This document shows, in pieces, positions 8,080-16,921 of a stretch of 64,000 nucleotides of DNA (position 1 is its first letter; every line of letters starts with the position of its first letter). This stretch comes from a virus. Taxonomy: Duplodnaviria; Heunggongvirae; Uroviricota; Caudoviricetes. The DNA is taken from IMG/VR virus record IMGVR_UViG_3300033463_000077; one strand, 5' to 3'. The notes under the pieces are model-generated. The model did no database searches. It had not been told where the DNA came from and saw only the letters and a list, made by a program, of their open reading frames with translations. The translations under genes and the position numbers were made by a program.

Positions 8080-8291
8080 TATCTCACCTTTGCGACAAGG
8101 AATTCTCTGTCACCGAACCTGAGGCCGGATGTAAGCATTTCGATTTTTTCATTGTGAAGAGCTGCAAACTTTTCAGCCAACTTAATTGCATATAGTCTTC
8201 CTTCTTGGAAGGTTGAAAATGTTTTATCAGTGATTCTTCGTCCAAAAACCGGGCCTTTGCGATTAATTGAGTAGATAGTGTACTTATCCAT
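8079..8291 (-). CDS. hypothetical protein (70 aa)
   Basis: ORF, RBS GAAAGGAACAC, promoter 8310-8350. Confidence 0.45.
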   Translation of the reverse strand: MDKYTIYSINRKGPVFGRRITDKTFSTFQEGRLYAIKLAEKFAALHNEKIEMLTSGLRFGDREFLVAKVR

Positions 8292-8309
8292 GGTGTGTTC
8301 CTTTCAATT

Positions 8310-8350
8310 GTTGATATTAAAATATAACATAATGTCTGAAAAAGTAAACC
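8310..8350 (-). promoter_or_regulatory. conserved early promoter motif copy
   Basis: motif match. Confidence 0.6.
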
Positions 8351-8518
8351 TCAGAACATAAAAAGTTCTATAACTGCAAGAATTTGAAAATGTTGATTAA
8401 AGCGAAGGTAAAGAGCTTCTTCTGCTTCTTTTTCAGATGCGGTGGAAAGAGGAATAATGATTTCGCTTGAACCATTGTCAGGATGGTGGAATGAAACTCT
8501 ATAGAGATGAACTGTCAT
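8351..8518 (-). CDS. small protein (~55 aa)
   Basis: hand-found ORF MTVHLYRVSFHHPDNGSSEIIIPL...; RBS GAAAGGAAAAG; promoter 8535-8576. Confidence 0.4.
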   Translation of the reverse strand: MTVHLYRVSFHHPDNGSSEIIIPLSTASEKEAEEALYLRFNQHFQILAVIELFMF

Positions 8519-8534
8519 TTTCTTTTCCTTTCAA

Positions 8535-8576
8535 TTGTTGATATTAAAATATAACATATTGTCTGAAAAAGTAAAC
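8535..8576 (-). promoter_or_regulatory. conserved early promoter motif copy
   Basis: motif match. Confidence 0.6.
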
Positions 8577-8928
8577 ACAAAAAGAAGAGGATCAAGGGTA
8601 TCGAACCCCATGTAGAACTTGTTAGTTCCCGCCTGGCTCCGTGGACCTTGGAGGTGAGTCTGCTCGTATCATTCTCTTTCCATCCTTCATCCAGTCTTCA
8701 TATACGAGATGAAAACTTTCAAAAAGGTGTCCTTGAAGGGATCCTCATAAAAAGATCGGAGAGAACCTTCTCGCATATGGTCGAATCATTCCGCTCTCAT
8801 AAAATGGCGGACGTCACGGTCTCTAAACTCTGGCTTGAATAGAATCTCCAAAACCAACGGAGACATGCGATATTTTCTCTTAATCACCTTCCAGTGGCCA
8901 TTCCACCTACTCAGTGAAATCCGATCCA

Positions 8929-8964
8929 TATTTTAATATAACTTCTTGTCTGAAAAAGTAAACC
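8929..8964 (-). promoter_or_regulatory. conserved early promoter motif copy
   Basis: motif match. Confidence 0.55.
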
Positions 8965-9660
8965 TCATTTCATTCTTTGTTCCATCTGGTATTTTCTATA
9001 TTCCAAAGTGGTGTCGAGATTAAAATCTTTTTGATCTTTTTCAAACTTTGACATATCTTCAATCTGATATTTGGCAATCAGTTCTTCCGCCTTGTCCAAA
9101 GCCCTTGCTAAGACTTTATCCGATACATCAGGTCTGAACTTTTTCACTTCATCATAATAACAGGCAACAGTTTCTCCACTCACCCATTCATGCGTTTTCG
9201 GAATCTCCACACCGTATTCATTTATCCGTCCGCCTTCTTTCATTGGTTCCAATTTATATTCCAAAGTTTTCGGCCCAGGATGGAAACCAATGCTCAAACG
9301 GAGGGTTGCATTATTTGCACGGCCATTGTGGCGAAACACTTCACTCAAATTGATATATTTGTAACAAGAAGCAAAATGGTTCGTATACAACCAAATCTTT
9401 TCCTTCACTGAAAATGGATTGAGGAATGTTCCAATATATGCCGAGGAAATAAACTCCGGTTTGCTGAAAGAGATTGCAGTTCCTGCACCAACACCAAAGA
9501 TGCGGTATCCTCTTCTTTGCATCTCAACAATCACTCGCTTTGCTCCAGCTTCAAGTTCCGGTGTGGACCAATATGTTTCCTGAAGTTTGCCGTTGGAATA
9601 ACGAGGACGTTCTTCAAGAGTGTATTCATCAAGAAAAAATTTATACTTTGGATTCTCCAT
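8965..9660 (-). CDS. hypothetical protein (231 aa)
   Basis: long ORF with RBS; no motif recognised with confidence. Confidence 0.6.
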   Translation of the reverse strand: MENPKYKFFLDEYTLEERPRYSNGKLQETYWSTPELEAGAKRVIVEMQRRGYRIFGVGAGTAISFSKPEFISSAYIGTFLNPFSVKEKIWLYTNHFASCYKYINLSEVFRHNGRANNATLRLSIGFHPGPKTLEYKLEPMKEGGRINEYGVEIPKTHEWVSGETVACYYDEVKKFRPDVSDKVLARALDKAEELIAKYQIEDMSKFEKDQKDFNLDTTLEYRKYQMEQRMK

Positions 9661-9672
9661 TTTATTCCTCCT

Positions 9673-9876
9673 TCATTCGGTGATAAAAGAACCGACGGAA
9701 TTTCCGTTTTGGTCAATGAGAATGACACTCTCCCAGGAGACATCAGGATTGTCGGAGATCTGATCCGCAAGTTTTCTCAGAATCCTTGCCACCTCGATAT
9801 TTTTTGAATAGTTCGTATAGATCCCTCTTACATCCGCGAAAGCGGATCCTTCGGTTCTGATTTGAATTTTAACCAT
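9673..9876 (-). CDS. hypothetical protein (67 aa)
   Basis: track ORF trimmed to MVKIQ after RBS. Confidence 0.45.
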   Translation of the reverse strand: MVKIQIRTEGSAFADVRGIYTNYSKNIEVARILRKLADQISDNPDVSWESVILIDQNGNSVGSFITE

Positions 9877-9878
9877 GT

Positions 9879-10022
9879 TCAGTCTTCCTCTCTCCGCCAA
9901 GAATGGTCCTTGCGGTTATAAGTCTTTTTGGTTTTGTGAATGCGGCTATAAGGACGGACGTCACCCCAAGTGCGGCGGGTAGAGAGTGCAATTTCGTCCA
10001 TTTTGATCGTCATCTTTTTCAT
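9879..10022 (-). CDS. small basic protein (47 aa), paralog family D
   Basis: track ORF trimmed to MKKMTIKMDEIALSTRRTWG; promoter 10043-10086. Confidence 0.45.
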   Translation of the reverse strand: MKKMTIKMDEIALSTRRTWGDVRPYSRIHKTKKTYNRKDHSWRREED

Positions 10023-10042
10023 TTCCGACTCCTTTGAATTTG

Positions 10043-10086
10043 TTGTTTTCATATTATAATATAACACCTGGAGTCAAAAAGTAAAC
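10043..10086 (-). promoter_or_regulatory. conserved early promoter motif copy
   Basis: motif match. Confidence 0.6.
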
Positions 10087-10087
10087 T

Positions 10088-10537
10088 TCATTTCAATTCT
10101 TTTATCAAATTTGTGATGTCTTCAATGGAGAGGTCAAATTCATCTTCGTAATGACCGGACTTCAATTTTTTGGAGAGGAACGGTACAAGGACATCCTTTC
10201 CATTTACTTTTTTCTTTCCGAGATGGTAAGTATCATACCATTTCCAAGACTTGTCTTTCAACATCTTTCTGAAGTTTTTGAGAATGTTGATGTAAGAGGA
10301 ATTAATCTCCTCCGCCGTAAGATCTGAATTTGAATAGTTGGTCCAAAGGATGTAGATGAGTTCTCCGTTCCTTATTTCATATCGCCACACCTGAGAGGCG
10401 GCGGATCGGTTTCCACTACACTTTGACCGATTTTGAAGGAAAGGAAAATACTTGAGAAACGTTCCATTTGTGATTCCGCTGTTAAGTTTCCTGGTACACA
10501 TCTTTTGGAAAGTGTCAAGTTTTTCAATTTTATCCAT
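10088..10537 (-). CDS. hypothetical protein (149 aa)
   Basis: ORF, RBS AAGGAGAGAAAA, promoter 10551-10590. Confidence 0.55.
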   Translation of the reverse strand: MDKIEKLDTFQKMCTRKLNSGITNGTFLKYFPFLQNRSKCSGNRSAASQVWRYEIRNGELIYILWTNYSNSDLTAEEINSSYINILKNFRKMLKDKSWKWYDTYHLGKKKVNGKDVLVPFLSKKLKSGHYEDEFDLSIEDITNLIKELK

Positions 10538-10550
10538 TTTTCTCTCCTTG

Positions 10551-10590
10551 TTGTATATTAGAATATAACACCTGGAATCAAAAAGTAAAC
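10551..10590 (-). promoter_or_regulatory. conserved early promoter motif copy
   Basis: motif match. Confidence 0.6.
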
Positions 10591-10595
10591 TGAAA

Positions 10596-10640
10596 ATAGA
10601 CGGAAGGACCGATCTTTTTGACCGATCCTTCCAAAGCGCC
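10596..10640 (-). terminator. rho-independent terminator downstream of family A gene
   Basis: GGAAGGAUCGGUC-AAAAA-GAUCGGUCCUUCC + U-rich. Confidence 0.55.
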
Positions 10641-10721
10641 GAAAATAATCTAATCTAATTAAGTTTCCACCTTAAGGCGGAGGACGAGGTTTGTACATGA
10701 TATTCATCCTTTTCAGGCCTC

Positions 10722-11120
10722 CTAAGGCTGGGCAACGGTTTCCCCAATGGTTTCCACCGCTCCCTCAGCGGCCTCCTTCTGAGCCTTCTTGCGGAGGCGG
10801 TACCGACGGTTGGCTTCAGCCTTCCGGGCCTTCCGAGCGGCTTCTTTCTCCGCCTTCTCTTTTGCGGCCTTCCGAGCCTTATCCATTTGACGGCGGCAGG
10901 TCTCCTTGACCAGGTTCACCATCTGAATCTTGTCCTTCACCACCTTGAAGACGATGTCCTTGAACAGGGTGCCGTCCTCAGTGGTGACCGTGGCATGCGG
11001 GGTGTCCTCGGCGACCTTTCCTTCGAGGCTGTCTCGGATCTCCCGGAGGTGGGTCCACATATTGGCCTCGGACCGGGCTTCGATGGTGCTGTCGGCGAAC
11101 TGAATGGTGAGCTTCTTCAT
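10722..11120 (-). CDS. paralog family A basic-tail protein
   Basis: ORF; near-identical N-terminus to 23010..23444; KA/R tail; terminator 10596-10640. Confidence 0.6.
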   Translation of the reverse strand: MKKLTIQFADSTIEARSEANMWTHLREIRDSLEGKVAEDTPHATVTTEDGTLFKDIVFKVVKDKIQMVNLVKETCRRQMDKARKAAKEKAEKEAARKARKAEANRRYRLRKKAQKEAAEGAVETIGETVAQP

Positions 11121-11145
11121 TTTTCTTTTTCCTTTCGGTTTGGTT

Positions 11146-11189
11146 GGTTTGTATATTTTAATATAACAGTGAACTTCAAAAAGTAAACT
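11146..11189 (-). promoter_or_regulatory. conserved early promoter motif copy
   Basis: motif match. Confidence 0.6.
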
Positions 11190-11457
11190 CGGATTTGAAA
11201 ATCTCTCTCACGGTCCAAACAAAGGTGTGACGGGTGTATTCGAAATTATCATAGATATCGAGAGTGTATTCGTTGACCCCGAAGAAAGGAGACCAGCCAT
11301 CCTCTATGATAGTCGGCTGCGGCATGTCTTTGTTTTGGAACTCATACTCATTCTTTGTATGAGCGGCATCCTTTTCGATGTAAGCTCTGGCATCTTTGAT
11401 TGTTTTGAACATTCCGATGAGATTGCCATTCCGATCATCAACAACGTACTTTTTCAT
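11176..11457 (-). CDS. hypothetical protein (93 aa)
   Basis: track ORF trimmed to MKKYVV; C-terminus KSEFTF* encoded inside downstream promoter motif. Confidence 0.5.
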   Translation of the reverse strand: MKKYVVDDRNGNLIGMFKTIKDARAYIEKDAAHTKNEYEFQNKDMPQPTIIEDGWSPFFGVNEYTLDIYDNFEYTRHTFVWTVREIFKSEFTF

Positions 11458-11473
11458 GTCAGAGTCTCCTTTG

Positions 11474-11512
11474 TTGTTATTAAAATATAACATTCAAAGT
11501 CAAAAAGTAAAC
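11474..11512 (-). promoter_or_regulatory. conserved early promoter motif copy
   Basis: motif match. Confidence 0.6.
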
Positions 11513-11519
11513 TGAAAAA

Positions 11520-11909
11520 TCAGCAGTTCCGAAGATCCACTGTCACCTTTGGATTGGAGAAGGAAGAAGGATCCACACACTCAACAATCTTTTCCTCTCC
11601 TGTTTCCGGATTCACAAAGGTGATGGATCCACCTGTGCATTCCACATCCACAAGAAACCGGTCGGCATTGCGGAACTCTATTTTCCCCTTACGGTTAAGC
11701 TCAAAGGAGATTCTTTTGGGCATCCGATTTCCCAGCGGAGTACTTTCATCGGCGGAGACCTCAAGGATGGTCCCGTTGAGAAGATTCGGATCGGTTGTAT
11801 CACGGATCTCCCTGATCTTGGTCCAAGCCGCGGAAACGGACTTAACAGTAATATTCTCGTCAGAGAGACCGATATTGTCAGAGATTTTGGAAGTGAGCAG
11901 AGTGATCAT
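11520..11909 (-). CDS. hypothetical protein (129 aa), distant relative of family A N-domain without basic tail
   Basis: ORF; shares AAWTKIREIRD pattern; promoter 11929-11969. Confidence 0.5.
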   Translation of the reverse strand: MITLLTSKISDNIGLSDENITVKSVSAAWTKIREIRDTTDPNLLNGTILEVSADESTPLGNRMPKRISFELNRKGKIEFRNADRFLVDVECTGGSITFVNPETGEEKIVECVDPSSFSNPKVTVDLRNC

Positions 11910-11928
11910 GGTGGGTTCCTTTCGTTTT

Positions 11929-11969
11929 GTTGATATTATAATATAACATCAAGTCTGAGAAAGTAAACC
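11929..11969 (-). promoter_or_regulatory. conserved early promoter motif copy
   Basis: motif match. Confidence 0.6.
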
Positions 11970-11972
11970 AAG

Positions 11973-12233
11973 TTATTTTACTTCTTTGAATGAAATTTTG
12001 ACTTCCCTTTTATGCGGATGTTCCAAATATTTGATCAAAATGTCCGAAGTAGAGCCGATCATCTCTGCAAATGGATCACTGAGTCTTGCCTGTTCAAGAA
12101 GTTTCAAACCTTTGTCGGCGACCGCACCCCAAACATCGGCAAAAGTAGAAAAAGAAGGACCAATTTCCATCTCTTCTTCAAGAACTTTTCCGTCTTTATC
12201 TAAAAGAGAATAAGTAGTATAAATGGACCACAT
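11973..12233 (-). CDS. hypothetical protein (86 aa), paralog family G (FADVWGAVAD motif)
   Basis: ORF; paralog of plus-strand 39390..39665. Confidence 0.5.
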   Translation of the reverse strand: MWSIYTTYSLLDKDGKVLEEEMEIGPSFSTFADVWGAVADKGLKLLEQARLSDPFAEMIGSTSDILIKYLEHPHKREVKISFKEVK

Positions 12234-12256
12234 TTTTTTTTTCTCCCTTTGTTATG

Positions 12257-12580
12257 TTAGGCTTCAGCTCTTTTCAAACAGGCAGTGGACCTCTGAAAAA
12301 CTTCTTCATCAGTGAGCCTCAGGATTTTGAACTTCTTATCAGGAGAGATGGCTTTAACTTGCTTTTTCCATTCACGAGCCTCTTTCATGGTGGGGAAAAG
12401 ATCACAATCAAACTCCTCCGATCCCTTACAAAGATATTCATGGGTATAGAGAGAACGATTGTAAGCAGCAAGGCGACCATTCATATAAAAGCCCTGTAGA
12501 AAGTACTCATGGACGATTTTTTCGCCAGGTTTGCAATATTTGGGGTGAACTTGTTCAAGAAGAACGACGGCATAATTCAT
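12257..12580 (-). CDS. hypothetical protein (107 aa)
   Basis: ORF co-transcribed with 11973..12233 (no promoter between). Confidence 0.5.
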   Translation of the reverse strand: MNYAVVLLEQVHPKYCKPGEKIVHEYFLQGFYMNGRLAAYNRSLYTHEYLCKGSEEFDCDLFPTMKEAREWKKQVKAISPDKKFKILRLTDEEVFQRSTACLKRAEA

Positions 12581-12605
12581 AAGGTGCCTCCATGGTTAAA
12601 GGGTT

Positions 12606-12707
12606 ATCACATTCCTTCCTTGATCATCACTCCAAGGAAGAAAATCGTGAGGATGAGAGCCAAAGCAATAGTAGCATAGAACATGTAGGTGAGGATGAGA
12701 GCCAACA
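12606..12707 (-). CDS. small hydrophobic peptide (~33 aa)
   Basis: hand-found ORF MLALILTYMFYATIALALILTIFFLG..., RBS AAGGAGA; promoter 12727-12768. Confidence 0.25.
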
Positions 12708-12726
12708 TTTTAATCTCCTTGATTGT

Positions 12727-12768
12727 TGTTGATATTATAGTATAACATCAAGTCTGAGAAAGTAAACC
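12727..12768 (-). promoter_or_regulatory. conserved early promoter motif copy
   Basis: motif match. Confidence 0.6.
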
Positions 12769-12920
12769 TTAATTTTCATCAAAGATTTCAGGATGGTGAA
12801 CCCGATATTGGTGAGCCTGCTCTTCTTTATAGATAGCGAACCCCGTTGTTCCAAAAGCGATAACGGAGATTCCGATCAAAAAAGCTCCAAACGAAAAAAA
12901 CATGTCATTCTCCAATTGTT

Positions 12921-12963
12921 GTGGTTGATATTGGAATATAACACTTCAATTCAAAAAGTAAAC
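12921..12963 (-). promoter_or_regulatory. conserved early promoter motif copy
   Basis: motif match. Confidence 0.6.
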
Positions 12964-13301
12964 CGATCTTTCAAAAAGTTCTGCCAATCAGAATCAGTAC
13001 CAACCCACAGGATTTCCTTGCGAAAGCGAAATTCTTCGAATGGAATAATTGCTCCATCAAAGTAAACGCGATCTTCAATGGGATCCCACCGGCCGTCTTC
13101 AGAATCATGGCCAATCCAAGAATCATGAGGATAATTGTGATACAGACCGTTCAGAACCTCAATCTTCATTGGACGAGGATGACGGACTACACGCACAATA
13201 TCTTCTTCAGTCTGTTCTCGTCTCGCCTTTCGATAAACAACTGTATAGGTTTCTCCCTGTTTGATTTCGTGAGTGACACCCTTTGTATCAGTGATCTTCA
13301 T
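12951..13301 (-). CDS. hypothetical protein (116 aa)
   Basis: track ORF trimmed to MKITDTKG; ends ...KDRFTF* inside promoter motif. Confidence 0.5.
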   Translation of the reverse strand: MKITDTKGVTHEIKQGETYTVVYRKARREQTEEDIVRVVRHPRPMKIEVLNGLYHNYPHDSWIGHDSEDGRWDPIEDRVYFDGAIIPFEEFRFRKEILWVGTDSDWQNFLKDRFTF

Positions 13302-13318
13302 TTTTCTTTCTCCTCTTG

Positions 13319-13360
13319 TTGTTATATTAGAATATAACATATTGTCTAAGAAAGTAAACT
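13319..13360 (-). promoter_or_regulatory. conserved early promoter motif copy
   Basis: motif match. Confidence 0.6.
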
Positions 13361-13365
13361 AAAAA

Positions 13366-13400
13366 AGATCGGCCATAAATCAGACCACCGATCTTCTTTT
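13366..13400 (-). terminator. rho-independent terminator
   Basis: AAGAUCGG..CCGAUCUU + UUUUUAG on minus RNA. Confidence 0.45.
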
Positions 13401-13429
13401 TTCTTTGTCCGTTTACTTCTTCTTCTTCT

Positions 13430-13753
13430 TCAAGTTTTCGAATTGAGAGAAAGAATATTATCTGCAAAATGAGTGCAAGTCATCGGCTTGTATTGGAACT
13501 GATAAAATTCCACTTTAAGTTCATTGTGGAGTTTTTCTCCTTCTACAACTTCATATTCATCTTCATTGACAAGAATAACCTGTCCATTCATAGAAGGTGT
13601 CCGTTTGAACTTCTGGTTTTTGAAGTGTTCCTTGGCATGTTCAAAAAAATCTGCAAGTGCAGCATAAGGCGCATCAAAGATAGTGCTTCGATGTACAACT
13701 GTTCCATTTTGTTTTACAAAATACTGATAGTAATCAATAGATTCAAACATCAT
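13430..13753 (-). CDS. hypothetical protein (107 aa)
   Basis: ORF, variant promoter 13779-13817, terminator 13366-13400. Confidence 0.5.
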   Translation of the reverse strand: MMFESIDYYQYFVKQNGTVVHRSTIFDAPYAALADFFEHAKEHFKNQKFKRTPSMNGQVILVNEDEYEVVEGEKLHNELKVEFYQFQYKPMTCTHFADNILSLNSKT

Positions 13754-13778
13754 TTTTGTTCTCCTTTATTTAATTTGG

Positions 13779-13817
13779 TTGTTATTATAACATAACAGAA
13801 AATTTCAAATTGTAAAC
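13779..13817 (-). promoter_or_regulatory. promoter motif copy (variant)
   Basis: partial motif match. Confidence 0.45.
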
Positions 13818-13923
13818 TCTATTCAAACAATTTTTTGATTTTTAGATTTTGCGTTACTTTTGTAAAGTTGTTATGAACAAGATACTCTGTGTTTCATTTT
13901 GATCTCAATTTCTTAAAATATTT

Positions 13924-14127
13924 TTACATTTCAGATTCAAGATATTCTTTTGTTTTTTTAATTGCATCTTCTTTTGTATATTCAAAGATTAAATCCTTTC
14001 CATGAACATCCTTTGCTTTCCAAATTTCATAAGATGCACCTATATCACTTACTTTATCTGGATATACCATCATATTAGCAATCAAATCCAAACTAAAATT
14101 CGCTTTAATGTAATCAATTACTTGCAT
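13924..14127 (-). CDS. hypothetical protein (67 aa), AT-rich
   Basis: ORF in AT-rich block 13800-15100. Confidence 0.45.
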   Translation of the reverse strand: MQVIDYIKANFSLDLIANMMVYPDKVSDIGASYEIWKAKDVHGKDLIFEYTKEDAIKKTKEYLESEM

Positions 14128-14136
14128 TTTTTATTT

Positions 14137-14328
14137 TTACTTCTTTTCCCATACAACTTGAGTTTTTTCCACTCTATTTACTTTCAATTTACCTTCATAA
14201 AAATCTTTTGCAGCATCAATATATCCTTCTTGATATTTAGAATGACCAACATATCCAATAATAAAGACTATCGATCCAAGAAAAACAATAATAACTAATA
14301 CTATTGCAATATACTTATCTTTGTCCAT
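14137..14328 (-). CDS. small membrane protein (63 aa)
   Basis: track ORF trimmed to MDKDKYIAIVLVIIVFL after RBS AAGGAGAAATAAAT. Confidence 0.45.
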   Translation of the reverse strand: MDKDKYIAIVLVIIVFLGSIVFIIGYVGHSKYQEGYIDAAKDFYEGKLKVNRVEKTQVVWEKK

Positions 14329-14356
14329 ATTTATTTCTCCTTTTTCATGCTTATCC

Positions 14357-15103
14357 TTAATCCCGCTTTGCGTCAGGGTATAAGGCCTCATAGTCCTTGG
14401 CCGTGTAACAATACCAATGGAAAGCTCTTAAAGGAATTCCAATTTTATAGGCATAAAAGTCTACGAATTTTTTCTTCATTTCAATGCAGAAGTTTTCATA
14501 TTTTTCTTCATTAGCTATTCTTTCTCTTTCTCTTTCCATTATTGCTTCATATTTTTCAGAAATAGCTCTTTCCTCCATTTTTTTCTTTTCTTCTTCTTTC
14601 TTAATATCTTCCTGTTTCTTCAACTCTTTTATTTGCAAAAGACCTGCAACAACATTAATTGTTATGATTTCAACAATATCTTCAAACATTTTATCTTCTG
14701 ATGAAAGAACTCTACTATTATTTTCATAAAAATCTGCAAGAATTTCAAAAATAGTTTTTCCATTATAACAATAATTGAATTTTTCTTGCATAGTGTATGA
14801 GAAACCAAATAAATTAGATAGATTAGACCTAAGCTTCCATCTAAGATCACTAATATAATAATCCATATGATTTTTCCATCTTTCTTTATCTTCTTTATTC
14901 GGTTTATTTTCATAAAGATAATATTTAGTTTTATTTAAAACATCTATCAAACTCATACTTACAATAGTAGCAATCTGCGGAATAAAATCTTCAGGATTAA
15001 ATTTCTTTAATTCATCTCCACTCATAAAGTTAGATACAAGTTTAATCAAAAAATTTTTTTCTATTGTAATCATCTCAATAGTTTCTATTTCTGACTTGTT
15101 CAT
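14357..15103 (-). CDS. hypothetical protein (248 aa), AT-rich, Glu/Lys-rich C-terminal third
   Basis: long ORF; promoter 15124-15167. Confidence 0.55.
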   Translation of the reverse strand: MNKSEIETIEMITIEKNFLIKLVSNFMSGDELKKFNPEDFIPQIATIVSMSLIDVLNKTKYYLYENKPNKEDKERWKNHMDYYISDLRWKLRSNLSNLFGFSYTMQEKFNYCYNGKTIFEILADFYENNSRVLSSEDKMFEDIVEIITINVVAGLLQIKELKKQEDIKKEEEKKKMEERAISEKYEAIMERERERIANEEKYENFCIEMKKKFVDFYAYKIGIPLRAFHWYCYTAKDYEALYPDAKRD

Positions 15104-15123
15104 TTTCTCTTTTTCCTTTCATT

Positions 15124-15167
15124 TTGTTGTTATATTAGAATATAACACCTGAAGTCAAAAAGTAAAC
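15124..15167 (-). promoter_or_regulatory. conserved early promoter motif copy
   Basis: motif match. Confidence 0.6.
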
Positions 15168-15168
15168 T

Positions 15169-15393
15169 TCAATAAGGATGAATCTCATCAAAAATTTCAT
15201 CCGCCATTGCTTTGTAAGCAGTAGGATATTCATCCTTCAGAATTTTCCAATTAGGACGGGCTTTTTCAATGTAGAAAGAAATAACCACATTATGAAATTC
15301 AGGTCCCATCTGATAGGTAACATTTCCATTTTCAGAAACTTTAGCACGGCGGTTGATCTCTTCATTAATCAAATCAATATTCATTGCTCTCAT
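15169..15393 (-). CDS. hypothetical protein (74 aa), paralog family H (C-terminal ..DE.FDE.HPY)
   Basis: ORF; paralog 26147..26353. Confidence 0.5.
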   Translation of the reverse strand: MRAMNIDLINEEINRRAKVSENGNVTYQMGPEFHNVVISFYIEKARPNWKILKDEYPTAYKAMADEIFDEIHPY

Positions 15394-15571
15394 CTTTATT
15401 TTCTCCTCTCAGATTATTTGCATCACGGACCTCCTTTTTCGCCTCATCCACAAGCTTCTGAATATCATTTCGCATGGATTCCTTCACAACATCCTGAAAA
15501 ATCGACGCATAATTGTGAATGAAATCCTCAATCATATCATTGAGTTTATCGGTGTTAGAAAACTTAGACAC
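15374..15571 (-). CDS. hypothetical protein (65 aa)
   Basis: ORF overlapping downstream gene by 20 nt; promoter 15597-15639. Confidence 0.4.
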   Translation of the reverse strand: MSKFSNTDKLNDMIEDFIHNYASIFQDVVKESMRNDIQKLVDEAKKEVRDANNLRGENKDESNEY

Positions 15572-15596
15572 TTTTCATCTCCTTTTATTATTGATT

Positions 15597-15639
15597 GTTT
15601 TGATATTATAATATAACATCTCAATTCAAAAAGTAAACT
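15597..15639 (-). promoter_or_regulatory. conserved early promoter motif copy
   Basis: motif match. Confidence 0.6.
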
Positions 15640-16007
15640 TATTTCATGAGATTCATAATCTTTTCATTCATCGTTTTCAGTTCTGCAATATGAACATCAT
15701 GGATCATTTTTTCAAGTTCTTCACGATTATTTGAAACAAGATCTTCGTCGTACTTTGCGCCGCAACACTTCAACATTTCAAGATCTTCGGCATCAGTGTT
15801 CAGATTGTCATTGACAATATACATAATTATCGGTTTTTTATCATTGACATCAAAGGAGATTTCAATACCAACAACAAATCCTTCTCCATAGCAATGACCA
15901 AATATATCTTCATCATTGAAAAGAGGATGTGCTTTTACAATCGTAAAAATACTGTTAAGGGTGTAAAAAACTTTTTCTCCAATATTGAATTTTGTCTTAA
16001 TTTCCAT
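15639..16007 (-). CDS. hypothetical protein (122 aa)
   Basis: ORF with RBS GGAGGAATT. Confidence 0.5.
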   Translation of the reverse strand: MEIKTKFNIGEKVFYTLNSIFTIVKAHPLFNDEDIFGHCYGEGFVVGIEISFDVNDKKPIIMYIVNDNLNTDAEDLEMLKCCGAKYDEDLVSNNREELEKMIHDVHIAELKTMNEKIMNLMK

Positions 16008-16073
16008 AATTCCTCCTTATTATTTTTTCAAAGTCCTCCAATAAACCGATCATTTAATCTTGGATAAAATCAG

Positions 16074-16205
16074 TTAATAACTTACACCACGCAACTTTGC
16101 ATTAAGAAAATCCAAGGTCTTCATTCGTTCAAGTTCGAGTATGTCGGAAAGAGTGATCTCTTCATTCTTATGATAGAGATAATCCAAAAACATTTTTTCA
16201 AACAT
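16074..16205 (-). CDS. small protein (~43 aa)
   Basis: hand-found ORF MFEKMFLDYLYHKNEEITLSDILELERMK...; RBS GGAGA; promoter 16222-16262. Confidence 0.3.
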   Translation of the reverse strand: MFEKMFLDYLYHKNEEITLSDILELERMKTLDFLNAKLRGVSY

Positions 16206-16221
16206 TTTTCATCTCCTTTTA

Positions 16222-16262
16222 TTTCGATATTATATTATAACATCTTAATTCAAAAAGTAAAC
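16222..16262 (-). promoter_or_regulatory. conserved early promoter motif copy
   Basis: motif match. Confidence 0.55.
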
Positions 16263-16265
16263 CTT

Positions 16266-16448
16266 TCATTCCATCATAAGTTGTTCAACATCAATAACAA
16301 CCGGATCATTAGGAAGTCTTCTTTCATTGAAATGTCTATCTCTCATAACATAATCAGATTCCGACATCCAATCTTGGATAAGTTCCTCCGCTTCGTCAAG
16401 ATTCTGTTCATTAGGAACATCCATCGTCAAAGTAACCTTAACCTTCAT
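16266..16448 (-). CDS. hypothetical acidic protein (60 aa)
   Basis: ORF, promoter 16467-16508. Confidence 0.45.
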   Translation of the reverse strand: MKVKVTLTMDVPNEQNLDEAEELIQDWMSESDYVMRDRHFNERRLPNDPVVIDVEQLMME

Positions 16449-16466
16449 CTTTTGTTCTCCTTAGTT

Positions 16467-16508
16467 TGTTTGATATTATAATATAACATAATGTCTAAGA
16501 AAGTAAAC
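16467..16508 (-). promoter_or_regulatory. conserved early promoter motif copy
   Basis: motif match. Confidence 0.6.
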
Positions 16509-16511
16509 TGA

Positions 16512-16700
16512 TCATTCACCTTTAATTTTGACTTCTACTTCCCAATCAGCATCGCATTGTTCACAGATGCAAGTCATTCTATACTTTTCATATTCTTTGC
16601 CATCATTCGGGGAAAACCAATATACATCCATACTTCCGCATTCAGGACAAAAGTCGAGATTGATTTGATCGGAAGATCTTGCAGCAGTAATCTTTGCCAT
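16512..16700 (-). CDS. zinc-ribbon-like small protein (62 aa)
   Basis: CPECG...C..C spacing. Confidence 0.5.
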   Translation of the reverse strand: MAKITAARSSDQINLDFCPECGSMDVYWFSPNDGKEYEKYRMTCICEQCDADWEVEVKIKGE

Positions 16701-16712
16701 ATTAAGCTCCTT

Positions 16713-16904
16713 TTAATCAACAAGAATGTCTAAAATTTGAATAGTCGTTCCATTTGAGATTGAAGTGCGTTGTGAAAGGGATACATCCTCAATCTCAACC
16801 TCAGTAGCAGGTTCCCAACCTTCCGTTCCCTTAAAAGTAAGAAAACGAACAGGCATGTCATCAGGAAGATCTGCAACAAGTCCTTTAATATCTCTTACAG
16901 TCAT
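16713..16904 (-). CDS. hypothetical protein (63 aa)
   Basis: ORF in operon. Confidence 0.45.
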   Translation of the reverse strand: MTVRDIKGLVADLPDDMPVRFLTFKGTEGWEPATEVEIEDVSLSQRTSISNGTTIQILDILVD

Positions 16905-16921
16905 TTTCTTTTCCTCTTCTA

